Assembly: GCA_965249275.1 (NCBI GenBank)
Contig: CBDFLQ010000006.1
Span: 64,001-128,000, forward strand
Direction: 5' to 3'
Origin: Dehalococcoidia bacterium
GTDB lineage: Bacteria; Chloroflexota; Dehalococcoidia; Plut-88900
DNA length: 64,000 nucleotides
The notes below the pieces were generated by a model, which saw only the letters and a program-made list of their open reading frames with translations, did no database searches and was not told the origin of the DNA. The translations under genes were made by a program, and so were the position numbers. Of this stretch, positions 1 to 8,693 are shown piece by piece. Numbering within the stretch: position 1 is the stretch's first letter; each line of letters opens with the position of its first letter.

Positions 1-1
1 G

Positions 2-490
2 GGCCAGGACCCGGTGGAAGCCTTCCTGGACATACTACTGGACGACGGCCTTGACCTGTGCATCGTTGGCGTGGGTACCAACGCCAATACCCTACCCACT
101 TTTGTGTCTCACCCCTGCGGCATGGTCGGGAGCGACGCTGTGCTCATGGGTGAGTTCCCAAGCCCCCGGACCTACGGCTGCTTCCCCGTAATCCTCGCTG
201 AGAACGTCCGCGCCGAGAAACAGCTCCGCCTCCCTGAGGCCATCCGCAAGATGACCTCCTTCCCTGCCCAGCGCCTGGGCCTCAAGACCCGTGGCCTCCT
301 CCGAGACGGATACAAGGCCGACATCACCATCTTCAACCCCGAAACCGTCAAAGCCCCCGCCACCCGAGAAAACCCCAAGCAATTCCCCCTGGGCATCCCC
401 TACGTCATAGTCAACGGCAAAGTAGTCGTCGACGAAGGCCAACACTCCGGCCAACTCCCCGGCCGAGCCCTCCGCTTCGGCCAAGACTAG
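2..490 (+). CDS. N-acyl-D-amino-acid deacylase (D-aminoacylase), C-terminal part; gene begins before the window
   Basis: Motifs MVGSDA, PRTYGCFP, LPEAIRKMTSFPAQRLGL..RGLLRDGYKADITIF and YVIVNG..V.....G.LPGRAL; frame is open from base 2. Confidence 0.88.
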   Translation, partial: GQDPVEAFLDILLDDGLDLCIVGVGTNANTLPTFVSHPCGMVGSDAVLMGEFPSPRTYGCFPVILAENVRAEKQLRLPEAIRKMTSFPAQRLGLKTRGLLRDGYKADITIFNPETVKAPATRENPKQFPLGIPYVIVNGKVVVDEGQHSGQLPGRALRFGQD

Positions 491-532
491 CCCCCAAAGT
501 CCCCCATTCCAGGTGGCAGCGGGGAGGTCCAA

Positions 533-702
533 TCCCCTCTCCCTCGACGGGTCGCAGATGCGCCGCGAGGCGTGCGAGGGCTAGGGTCGAAGAATCGCCG
601 AGGAGAGTGAGGGTGACCCTTCCTCCGTAATCCCGCCTCCCGAGCCGGAATCCAGTGCCGGGTGGGGCCGCTCGTGCTGAGCCCCGTCGAAGTATGAGCG
701 GG
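533..702. repeat. Cluster of intergenic palindromic (REP-like) repeats
   Basis: CCCTCTCCCTCGA...GAGGGCTAGGGTCGAAGAATCGCCGAGGAGAGTGAGGG recurs at 31901-31957 and in part at 62471-62508; GGGGCCGCTCGTGCTGAG..TCGAAGTATGAGCGGG recurs at 19281-19320. Confidence 0.8.
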
Positions 703-793
703 ATGGGGGGCGCACCCCCGCCGGCAGAAGGCCAGCCTAAGGGGTGATTTCCACAAGTTGACCCCAATCCAACAGGCAGACTAGACTTCAACC

Positions 794-1027
794 ATGCGAA
801 AACGCCTACAAGTCCTCCTGGACGATACGGAATACCGAGAAATCCAAGACCTTGCCCGACGCCAGGGAGTCACCGTCGCCGACTGGGTCCGCCAGGCACT
901 CCGCGAGGCCAGAAGCGCCCATCCAAGCATGATGGAAACCAAGCTGCGCGCCATCACCGACGCCTCCCAACACCACTTCCCCACCGCCGACATCCAAACC
1001 ATGCTCCGTGAGAGCGCCTCTCGCTAG
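794..1027 (+). CDS. Ribbon-helix-helix (CopG/VapB-type) antitoxin, apparently orphan
   Basis: MRKRLQVLLDDTEYREIQDLARRQGVTVADWVRQALR is an RHH pattern; FPTADI tail seen in VapB-like antitoxins; no toxin follows. Confidence 0.7.
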   Translation: MRKRLQVLLDDTEYREIQDLARRQGVTVADWVRQALREARSAHPSMMETKLRAITDASQHHFPTADIQTMLRESASR

Positions 1028-1041
1028 CACATCGTCATTCC

Positions 1042-2097
1042 TGTAAGTGTTAGGTAATTCGTTGACAGATTGGTATAAGAGGCCAACACCAATCTGGAGG
1101 CGAGAATGCGAGACAATAGCAAGGACCTCACCCTTGAACGGAACTACATTCAGAAGTGGCGGTTCCTCATCCATGAGTATCAACTGGTCAAGGCAGGGAA
1201 GCATCCCCGTTTCCGCTTCGCCCAGGACTTCTACTCCTTCCACGGCACTAGCCGTCAGACCTTCGCCAAGTACTACAACCGGTTCCTCCTCTCCCCCTCC
1301 GACAACGCCTTCCTCCCCCGTAAGCGGGGTCCCGGGTGGAAGTCCCGCCGCACCCTGCCCTACATTGAGCAGAAGGTCATCAACGAGCGCCTTAACGGTA
1401 CCAACCGTTACGAGATCTATGCCATACTCAAACCCATCCTTAAACACAACACCCCTAAGCCCTCCACCATCTACGCCATCACCAGACGCCACGGTTTCAA
1501 TAGGCTCACAAAGCCGATGCAGCAGTCGAAGCGCAAGATCATCAAGACCCGGGCAGGAGAGCTGGGCCACCTGGACAGCCACTACCTCAGCCGGGATACC
1601 ATCGTGGGCACTAAGCACCGCTACTACCTCGTGGCCCTCATCGACGCCTTCACCCGTCTGGCCTGGGCCGAAGTGGTTGGAGACATCAAGAGTCTCTCCG
1701 TGATGTTGGCTACTCTGAAGTCCATCAATTTCCTTAACGTGGAGTACGGCATCCAATTCGAGGCTATCCTCACCGACAACGGCCCCGAGATGGCCTCCCC
1801 AAGGAACACCCAGGGCCACCCTATGGAACGCATGCTCAATGAACTGGGCATAAAGCACCGCTACACCCGCCCTTATAGGCCCCAGACCAACGGGAAGATA
1901 GAACGGTTCTGGAGAACCTTGAACGAGGACCTGCTGGAGGGGACAACCTTCGAGTCGGTCTCGGAACTGAAGGACGAGCTTCAGCAATACCTGATCTACT
2001 ACAATACTCAGAGACCCCACCAGGCAATGGACGGAAAGACCCCTTTGCAAACCCTTAAATCTCTCTAATTCTGTCAACGAATTACCTGACATCTACA
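1042..2097 (+). mobile_element. IS481-family insertion sequence, 1056 bp, with 5-bp target duplication ATTCC
   Basis: Left end TGTAAGTGTTAGGTAATTCGTTGACAGA; right end reverse-complements to TGTAGATGTCAGGTAATTCGTTGACAGA (TGT...ACA termini); ATTCC at 1037-1041 and 2098-2102. Confidence 0.92.
1106..2068 (+). CDS. IS481-family DDE transposase (rve integrase core)
   Basis: GELGHLD, LIDAFTR, ILTDNGPE, TRPYRPQTNGKIERFWRTL, YYNTQRPHQAMDGKTP. Confidence 0.93.
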   Translation: MRDNSKDLTLERNYIQKWRFLIHEYQLVKAGKHPRFRFAQDFYSFHGTSRQTFAKYYNRFLLSPSDNAFLPRKRGPGWKSRRTLPYIEQKVINERLNGTNRYEIYAILKPILKHNTPKPSTIYAITRRHGFNRLTKPMQQSKRKIIKTRAGELGHLDSHYLSRDTIVGTKHRYYLVALIDAFTRLAWAEVVGDIKSLSVMLATLKSINFLNVEYGIQFEAILTDNGPEMASPRNTQGHPMERMLNELGIKHRYTRPYRPQTNGKIERFWRTLNEDLLEGTTFESVSELKDELQQYLIYYNTQRPHQAMDGKTPLQTLKSL

Positions 2098-2206
2098 ATT
2101 CCGAGGCCCCGCGAGGAATCTAACGCGCCAGCCCTAACCCAACCCCCTTCTTCCCCACCCACCCCTACCCTACGCATTAAGTTAAACTGTTGATGGTATC
2201 TGGCCA

Positions 2207-3196
2207 ATGGAACGCCTAAAGGCAATTATTGATTCCGCAAAGCGTTACGCTCGTCACCCTTACCTCCCCGAGTCCCGCGGAAGCTGGATAGCCCTCGCAG
2301 TTGCAATACCCTTAGTATCAACGGCGGGGCTGGTCATTTCAGGGCTTTTCTCGGAGGCGTTCCGAACCTGGCTAATGGGCATGGAGTCCGGCGGTGCCGC
2401 AATCCGCAATGCTGGCCTTATTATTGCAGCTCTAACCGCACTACCAGTGGCGATCTGGCGCGGAATCGTCGCAGATAAGCAAGCCGACGCAGCGCAGCAG
2501 AGTCTAAGAAACGAACGCTATCAAAAGGGCGCCGAAATGCTAGGCGACGAAAACCTGTCGGTTAGGTTAGTGGGTATCTACACCCTGCAACGCCTAGCAG
2601 AGGAGCATCCGAGAGAATTTCACGTTCAAATCATGCGCCTTTTCTGTGCCTTCGTTCGTAACCCTACAGCTGATGAGAAGTATGAGTTAGAGCTAGAAAA
2701 GTTAGCAAGAGAATCAGGGGATTCTTGGATACGCGATGATGTTCAACTTGCAATGACATCGATAGGTAGACGCGACTCTCTTCGCATTTCTTTGGAAGCA
2801 GAGGCAGGTTATAGGCTAGAGTTGTCAGGCATAAGGCTAAGGCACCTAACCCTAATGCAGGGAAATCTGACAGACGCTGCCTTGCAAAACACAGATCTAT
2901 CTAACGCTTACCTAGTGAACACAAATCTGAGCGAATGTATGCTCCAAGAAGCAAATCTTAGCGGAGCAAAACTAGTGGGTGCTATCGTGTCAGGGACATC
3001 CCTAGGGCGAGCAGTTCTCAAGGCAGGTGGTGACGCAAGAATCACCATATATTCCTTCGGCCCAGTAACCGGCCTTACCCAGAGCCAAGTAGACCAATCT
3101 CGAGCCGATCCCAACAACCGACCCAAGCTGGAAGGCGCGATAGATGCGGAGACCGGCAAACAGTTAGTCTGGCGAGGCGCGCCTCTCAAAGACTAG
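2207..3196 (+). CDS. Membrane-anchored pentapeptide-repeat protein
   Basis: Two N-terminal hydrophobic helices; ERYQKGAEMLG...VRLVGIYTLQRLA motif; A(D/N)LxxA pentapeptide repeats; more A/T-rich than flanks. Confidence 0.8.
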   Translation: MERLKAIIDSAKRYARHPYLPESRGSWIALAVAIPLVSTAGLVISGLFSEAFRTWLMGMESGGAAIRNAGLIIAALTALPVAIWRGIVADKQADAAQQSLRNERYQKGAEMLGDENLSVRLVGIYTLQRLAEEHPREFHVQIMRLFCAFVRNPTADEKYELELEKLARESGDSWIRDDVQLAMTSIGRRDSLRISLEAEAGYRLELSGIRLRHLTLMQGNLTDAALQNTDLSNAYLVNTNLSECMLQEANLSGAKLVGAIVSGTSLGRAVLKAGGDARITIYSFGPVTGLTQSQVDQSRADPNNRPKLEGAIDAETGKQLVWRGAPLKD

Positions 3197-3205
3197 GCGC
3201 ACCCC

Positions 3206-4054
3206 CTAAAACGCGTCCCCACCCCGCACATAAGCCCCCAGGTCCTGCCCCGTGTTCCGGTTCACCAGGTTCCGACCGTACATCGGGTGCCTCATCCCCC
3301 GCACCTCGTGCTCGATCTCGAAAAGCACTTCCCCCGACTCCGGGTCGACGATCTTCTGGAACCTGAACTGGTGATTTCGTATCTCCTCGGTGATCAGACC
3401 TCGCTCCGACAGAGCAGTGAACGGCCCCGAGAACCCCGCCACGTATATCGCAATGTGATGCCCGTCATAGTCGGGGACATCGCCGTCTGACTCGCAGAAC
3501 CGCAGCTCCTGCCCCGCCCCAATGCTCACCTTAGCCATCCCATCCGACGCCTCCGCCGGAGCGCCCATGATCTGCCGGTAGAACGCCGCAATCCCCTCCG
3601 CCGTCCCCGACGGCACGCCAAACTCCACGTACGGTATCCCCAGCGACATCTCTCCAAACTTATCTGAGCTGCCGTCGTAGCACCGGAACGAGTTTCCCCA
3701 CGGGCCAGTTATATCAACACAGCAGTGCTTGTCCTCCCAAGCAAACTCCGTCCCCGCAAGCCTCTCCTCCGCCTCCGAGAGCCGCTCCCTTAGCTGGTCC
3801 AGGCTCGGGGTCACCAGCCCGACGTGCCCCCGCAGGTGCTGGGCCTGGTTTGTCGGCAAGTGAAACTGCTGGTTGCCCAGGTTTACCCACATATTGTCCA
3901 CCCCGACCATCAGGTACGGGTCTCGGGTTCCGCCCAGCGCGGTCAGATAGAATGCCGTCGCCGTCGACTGATCCGGCACCGTCAGATTCACGTGCTCCAT
4001 CCCGACTATATTCCCGACGTCCTCCGCTTGCAGTGCGATCTCTGGATTGCTCAT
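3206..4054 (-). CDS. Glyoxalase/VOC-superfamily protein
   Basis: EHVNLTVPDQ..A.AFY...LG, QFHLPT, GPWGNSF, YDGHHIAIY, FEIEHEVR; RBS GGAGG upstream. Confidence 0.7.
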   Translation of the reverse strand: MSNPEIALQAEDVGNIVGMEHVNLTVPDQSTATAFYLTALGGTRDPYLMVGVDNMWVNLGNQQFHLPTNQAQHLRGHVGLVTPSLDQLRERLSEAEERLAGTEFAWEDKHCCVDITGPWGNSFRCYDGSSDKFGEMSLGIPYVEFGVPSGTAEGIAAFYRQIMGAPAEASDGMAKVSIGAGQELRFCESDGDVPDYDGHHIAIYVAGFSGPFTALSERGLITEEIRNHQFRFQKIVDPESGEVLFEIEHEVRGMRHPMYGRNLVNRNTGQDLGAYVRGGDAF

Positions 4055-4190
4055 GTCGCCTCCCTACCGGGGCGCTGTGACTGCACTCCCCGGTCTCGTT
4101 GCTCGGTCTACCATTCGACCTATTCTATACCATCCCATCTACAGTGCCCCAACCGACCTAAGACATACAATGCCGAGGCCCCGTTTTACT

Positions 4191-4223
4191 GTCATTCCGA
4201 TGCCCCACGAGGAATCTAGGACT
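4191..4223. repeat. REP-like repeat family A (GTCATTCCGAGGCCCCGCGAGGAATCTAGGACT)
   Basis: Copies at 16634-16660, 36803-36836 and 63422-63450; IS-split copies at 1034/2122 and 33063/34300. Confidence 0.85.
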
Positions 4224-4325
4224 TACCGCTTCACCTATCTCCCAGCATCAACTCTCCTCCTTCCACCTTCCACCACCTCTGAACGATGAGCGCACGACAG
4301 AACACATCTCTGTCAACTTCCTGTC

Positions 4326-4657
4326 CCCTCCCCCGGTACTGAATTACACCTACCTGCCGCCACAATACACTAGGCTGTACATGCTGTTCCATGCCACCCA
4401 TCACTGCACTAGGCGACTACCGCAAAACATACCTCAAGCCTATTCTTTCCATCTTCCCCCCCAAGTACTGAATTAGGAGCCTCCTGCAACACATACCTCA
4501 ACTCTATTCTTTCCCCCCTCCCCCAGGTACTGAATTAGGGGTATGCGTATGCGCAAAGCGCATACGCATACCCCTATTCATCTCTCCCCCTCTCCCTTTA
4601 AGGCCCTAAGGGAGAGGGGGACCAAGGGGGTGAGGGTTCCCCAGGGGTGGGGCGGGG
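4326..4657. repeat. Composite repeat: GTACTGAATTAG-[hairpin]-CTATTC units plus a CCCCTCTCCCTT..AAGGCCCTAAGG..AGAGGGGGA element
   Basis: GTACTGAATTA three times; perfect 19-bp hairpin at 4536-4576; the same composite recurs at 16753-16999. Confidence 0.75.
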
Positions 4658-4669
4658 TATCCCTCCTCC

Positions 4670-5842
4670 CTAAGGCCCCTCCTGTTCGAACGTCCTCAAA
4701 GTCCGAGCCGGAGGCCGAAAATACTCCTCCGCCTCCAGCTTACCCTCGTCAAGCTCTATCCCTAGCCCCGGGGCCGTCGGCAGTTCGATATACCCGTCCT
4801 TCACCTTTATCGGCTCGACCGTTATGTCATTCGCCTTCTCTGCGAAGTTCACGAAGTACTCCGTGATCAGGAAGTTCGGAATGCACGCCGACACCTGCAC
4901 CGTCGACGCCAAAGCCACCGATGTGCTGTTGTAGTTGTGAGGCGAGACCGCCACGTAGTGAGGCTCGGCCATCGCCGCAATCTCCTTCAGCTCCAGGATT
5001 CCGCCGCAGTTGGCAACGTCCGGGTTGATGATATCCGCGGCTCTGGCCTCGAAGACCTCACGGAACGCTGCCTTGCCGTAAAGTGCCTCGCCCGTAACCA
5101 CCGGAATCCCGATCTCGCTCCTGACCTCTGCCAGCGCCTTCAGGTTCTCCGACGGGACCGGCTCTTCATACCAGAACGGGCGGAACCGTTCGACCTGCTT
5201 CGCTACCCTCACCGCGTTCATCGGCGAAAGCCGCCTGTGCACCTCGATCAGTATGTCGACCCTATCGCCCACCGCCCCCCTCACCGCCGCTATATTGTCC
5301 ACCGCCGCCTCCTCGACCTCCTTGTCCACGTACAGCCGCCAAGGCCCGGGGAACGGGTCGAACTTCAACGCCGTGAACCCTTCCTCCACCACCTCTCTGG
5401 CCATCGTTGCGTAGTCTTCCGGGTCCTTAGCTCCGCCGTACCAGCCGTTGGCGTAGACCCTGATCTTGTCCCGGCACGCCCCGCCGAGCAGCTGGTACAC
5501 CGGCACACCTAGCTTCTTCCCCACGATGTCCCAAAGCGCCTGCTCGATGCCGCTCAGTGCGCAATAGAACTCCATCGACCCCCGACGCCCCGCATAGTCG
5601 TCGTAGGCCATCTGCGTCGTGTGCTTGATGTTGAACGGGTCCCGACCCACGAGGTAGCGCCCCAGCTCTTCGACGTGGGCCTGGATCGACCGGTCCCGGT
5701 CCAGCTGGGTGTATGCTTCACCCCAGCCGTGGATACCGGCGTCGGTCTCCACCTTAACGAACAGCCAGCTTTTCCCACCGATCATCCCCGCCCTGTGACC
5801 CTTGGAGTAGACCAGGTACGACTTGATGTTCTCAATCTTCAT
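4670..5842 (-). CDS. Mandelate racemase/galactonate dehydratase-like enolase-superfamily enzyme
   Basis: Start set at MKIENIK (5842); VKVETDAGIHGWGE, ALSGIEQALWDIVGK..GVPVYQLLGG, KFDPF, WYEEP, VVTGE, PDVANCGG, PHN, PTAPGLGIE. Confidence 0.9.
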   Translation of the reverse strand: MKIENIKSYLVYSKGHRAGMIGGKSWLFVKVETDAGIHGWGEAYTQLDRDRSIQAHVEELGRYLVGRDPFNIKHTTQMAYDDYAGRRGSMEFYCALSGIEQALWDIVGKKLGVPVYQLLGGACRDKIRVYANGWYGGAKDPEDYATMAREVVEEGFTALKFDPFPGPWRLYVDKEVEEAAVDNIAAVRGAVGDRVDILIEVHRRLSPMNAVRVAKQVERFRPFWYEEPVPSENLKALAEVRSEIGIPVVTGEALYGKAAFREVFEARAADIINPDVANCGGILELKEIAAMAEPHYVAVSPHNYNSTSVALASTVQVSACIPNFLITEYFVNFAEKANDITVEPIKVKDGYIELPTAPGLGIELDEGKLEAEEYFRPPARTLRTFEQEGP

Positions 5843-5853
5843 GCCGCTCCCCT

Positions 5854-7113
5854 TCACCCGATGACCGCTATCGCCTCGACCTCTATGAGGGCCTGGGGAT
5901 CGAGCAGGCGGTTGCATACCGTCGTGGAGGCCGCCGGAAGCTCCGACCCGAAGAACTCCCGTCGCACGTCGATCGCCTTGTGGTAGTTGGGGAGAGCTGC
6001 CTCGTCTATGTAGTCGGTGACCTTCAGCACGTCCTTGAAGCTCGCTCCTCCTGCCTCCAGCACTTCGGCTATGTTCTGATAGGTCTGTCGGGTCTGTGCC
6101 TCCACGTCCCCAATTGCCAAAGCCCCCGACTCCGGGTGATGTCCCGTCGTCCCCGATATGAAGAACAGGTTGCCCTTTTTCACGCCCGGCAGGAATGTAA
6201 TCCCCTGCGCGTGGGCCCGCTCCGCCAACACCTCTTCCTTCTTTCCACCCTTCACCGCCACCATATTAATCTCGATCATCCATTCCGGGGCGTTCAGGGC
6301 CAGGCACACGACACCCGTTGAAGCCGGAAATTCCTCCCCGAAGAACTCTCTCCTCAAGTCCGCCGTCAGCCTGTAGAAGGGCCGTGCCGCCGGGATGATG
6401 TAGTCCCGGGTCATTATCACGTCTTCCCGAGTCACCCCACCCTCTGCCAGTATCATGTCGAACTTCTCGAACAGATAGCGCGTCTGCTCGACCAACGACC
6501 ACGGGCAGGCCCGCTCGTCGTCGTCATCAATGTACCAGGGGGCCTGTCCGGCAGACCACAATATGTCGTTCTTGAACACGCCGGGGCGGTTAGTTCCACC
6601 CTCGTAAGATGCTATGGACTTTTCCGGCGAGGGCGGGAAACCCGGATTGATATACCTCTTCTCGCCGGGCTTGATGTCGAGGACAAGGTCAACGCTCCAG
6701 ATCGCATTCAGGTTCAGGTTGCCCTGCATGTAAAGCCCGGTTCCCGGCGCATAGTTCGGCCCGAAATTGCTTCGCCACGTTTCCGGCGTGACCGTTGGAG
6801 ACGAGCGGAACGCCCTCTTGTAGTGCGACAAAGGAGGACTGCCCGCCGCGGACGTGAAGATCGTCCGATTGGTCATGTCCTCCGGCTTCCCACCCGACGT
6901 CTCGATCAGGAGCTTGTGCTTCTCCATGATCACGTCCATCTGCTCTACCGCATCGCCCGTGCACTCGATCTTCCCCGTCTCCGAGTTCTCACGCTCCGCA
7001 GTCTGCCCCGATAGAAACAGGATTCCGTCCTTCTCCGCCGCCAGAGAGTAGGGCATCTTCGAGTGGTCGAAGTAAGGCCAGTTGGCCGGGTTGATTAGCC
7101 GTCTTTCCGCCAT
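5854..7113 (-). CDS. Protein with three tandem RidA/YjgF domains
   Basis: Start MAERRLIN at 7113 with GGAG RBS; three units LFLSGQTA / LWSAGQAP / LFFISGTTG, each followed by EQ/AQ and ending in IEIN/IEVEA-like strands. Confidence 0.8.
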   Translation of the reverse strand: MAERRLINPANWPYFDHSKMPYSLAAEKDGILFLSGQTAERENSETGKIECTGDAVEQMDVIMEKHKLLIETSGGKPEDMTNRTIFTSAAGSPPLSHYKRAFRSSPTVTPETWRSNFGPNYAPGTGLYMQGNLNLNAIWSVDLVLDIKPGEKRYINPGFPPSPEKSIASYEGGTNRPGVFKNDILWSAGQAPWYIDDDDERACPWSLVEQTRYLFEKFDMILAEGGVTREDVIMTRDYIIPAARPFYRLTADLRREFFGEEFPASTGVVCLALNAPEWMIEINMVAVKGGKKEEVLAERAHAQGITFLPGVKKGNLFFISGTTGHHPESGALAIGDVEAQTRQTYQNIAEVLEAGGASFKDVLKVTDYIDEAALPNYHKAIDVRREFFGSELPAASTTVCNRLLDPQALIEVEAIAVIG

Positions 7114-7156
7114 GTTGTCTCCTTGAAATAGAGTGCTAAATCGTCTAGCCGTCCCG

Positions 7157-8554
7157 TTATGCTTTCGGGAAGTCGGGGCCCGGGTAGGCGGGCACGTATA
7201 TGTCCTCGTATTCCTGCTTGAAGCGCTTCCACACCCTGAGCGTCGCCTCCCGAGCCTTCTCCACCACCTCTCCCTCATCCATGCTCAGCACCTTTCCCTG
7301 TCGCATCACGAACTCGCCGCCCACCATCACCGACTCAACATCCGCAGTCTCTCCGTAGTGCACGAGGTTCGACACCGGGCTGATTGCCGGTACCAGGTGC
7401 GCCCGACCCAAGTCCACGAAGGTCAAATCTGCCAACTTCCCAGCCTCGATTGACCCGAATTCCTGCTCCATACCCACGGCCTTTGCACCGTTTTGAGTCG
7501 CCCAGTCCAGCATCGTCTGGGGCGTCGGGGTGGGGGGATCGTCGTCCCTCAGCCCGCGATTGAGCACTATGCCGACGTTCAGGGCCTGGAACATGTTCTC
7601 GCTCATGTTGTCCGTACCCAGTGTCACGTTCACCCCGGAATCAGTGATATTGGGCATCTTCGGCGCCGGATACCGGCCCGTCCGTGCGCTGGGCGCGGGA
7701 CAGTGGGCCATGTGGGTCCCTGTTTCCGCCAGGATTTCGACGTCCGCCTCATCGCAGAAGAACCAGTGTGCCGCCAGAACGTCGGACCCGAGCCACCCGT
7801 TGTCACGCAGATATGCCGCCGAGGACTTCCCGCTAATCGACCTCACCTGATCCAGTTCTTTCTGGCTCTGCGCCAGGTGCACCGTCCGCCGAAGCCCGTG
7901 CTTCTCCGACAAGTCCAGCAGCTTTCTCAGCATCCACGGGGAACAGTTGTCGGGCGCGTGGGCTGCCACCTGGCACTGCACCCGACCCCCGTCCATCCCA
8001 TGAAACTCCTCGATGAGCCGCTCGGCCCTGTCCAGAAACTCCTGCCCCCACTCCTCCGAATATTCGTATATGCCATACCGGATTTTCAGGTTCAGGGCGT
8101 CTGCACAGCTTTCGCTCAGAAACAACCTCAGCCCCGAGTCCGCCATGGTTTGCGCGTACTGATAGACGTGCCGGAACGGGTCAACCATCGTCGTCGTCCC
8201 CGACCTGATCGCCTCCAGGCACCCGAGAGCGTTCATTGCCTGCCGGTCCTCCGCGGTCATGGCAAAGGAGATCGGCGACATGTATCCGTATATCGCATCC
8301 CCGCCCATGTCCTCCACCGTCCCCCGAAGCACCGTCAGCACCGAGTGAGTATGTGCGTTGACGAAGCCCGGCATAACCGCCCGCCCTGAGGCGTCGATCC
8401 TATCCAGGCTCTCATATTTTCGCCTCATCTCCCCCGACTCCCCCACTTCCAGAATCCTCTTCCCCCGAACTGCAACCGCCCCGTCCTCTATCACCGTACC
8501 TTCGGCGTCGCACGTAATCACAACAGCATTTTCTATCAACGCATCCATAGTCAA
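7157..8554 (-). CDS. Amidohydrolase, ATZ/TRZ/MTA-SAH deaminase-like family
   Basis: VMPGFVNAHTH, EAIRSGTTT, VHLAQS, AHCP, LGTD, GSIEAGKLADL. Confidence 0.88.
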   Translation of the reverse strand: MTMDALIENAVVITCDAEGTVIEDGAVAVRGKRILEVGESGEMRRKYESLDRIDASGRAVMPGFVNAHTHSVLTVLRGTVEDMGGDAIYGYMSPISFAMTAEDRQAMNALGCLEAIRSGTTTMVDPFRHVYQYAQTMADSGLRLFLSESCADALNLKIRYGIYEYSEEWGQEFLDRAERLIEEFHGMDGGRVQCQVAAHAPDNCSPWMLRKLLDLSEKHGLRRTVHLAQSQKELDQVRSISGKSSAAYLRDNGWLGSDVLAAHWFFCDEADVEILAETGTHMAHCPAPSARTGRYPAPKMPNITDSGVNVTLGTDNMSENMFQALNVGIVLNRGLRDDDPPTPTPQTMLDWATQNGAKAVGMEQEFGSIEAGKLADLTFVDLGRAHLVPAISPVSNLVHYGETADVESVMVGGEFVMRQGKVLSMDEGEVVEKAREATLRVWKRFKQEYEDIYVPAYPGPDFPKA

Positions 8555-8693
8555 TCTTCCTCCGGCCCTATTCTATCAGCCGAGTGAGGGAGCAGTGATA
8601 GAATGAGACATTCTCTCCCGTGCACATGCGGAGGAGGAGCAGGTTCAAATCGGCTGCATGCGGGCGCACGACAAGTCGTAAAAGGAGAAGAGC

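Noticed and set aside
806-2092. 428-aa minus ORF and 218-aa Ser/Pro-rich ORF over IS481
   Set aside because: They are alternative-frame shadows of the transposase.
4326-4580. CRISPR array (recurring GTACTGAATTA)
   Set aside because: The repeats are short, irregularly spaced and dispersed elsewhere, and there are no cas genes.
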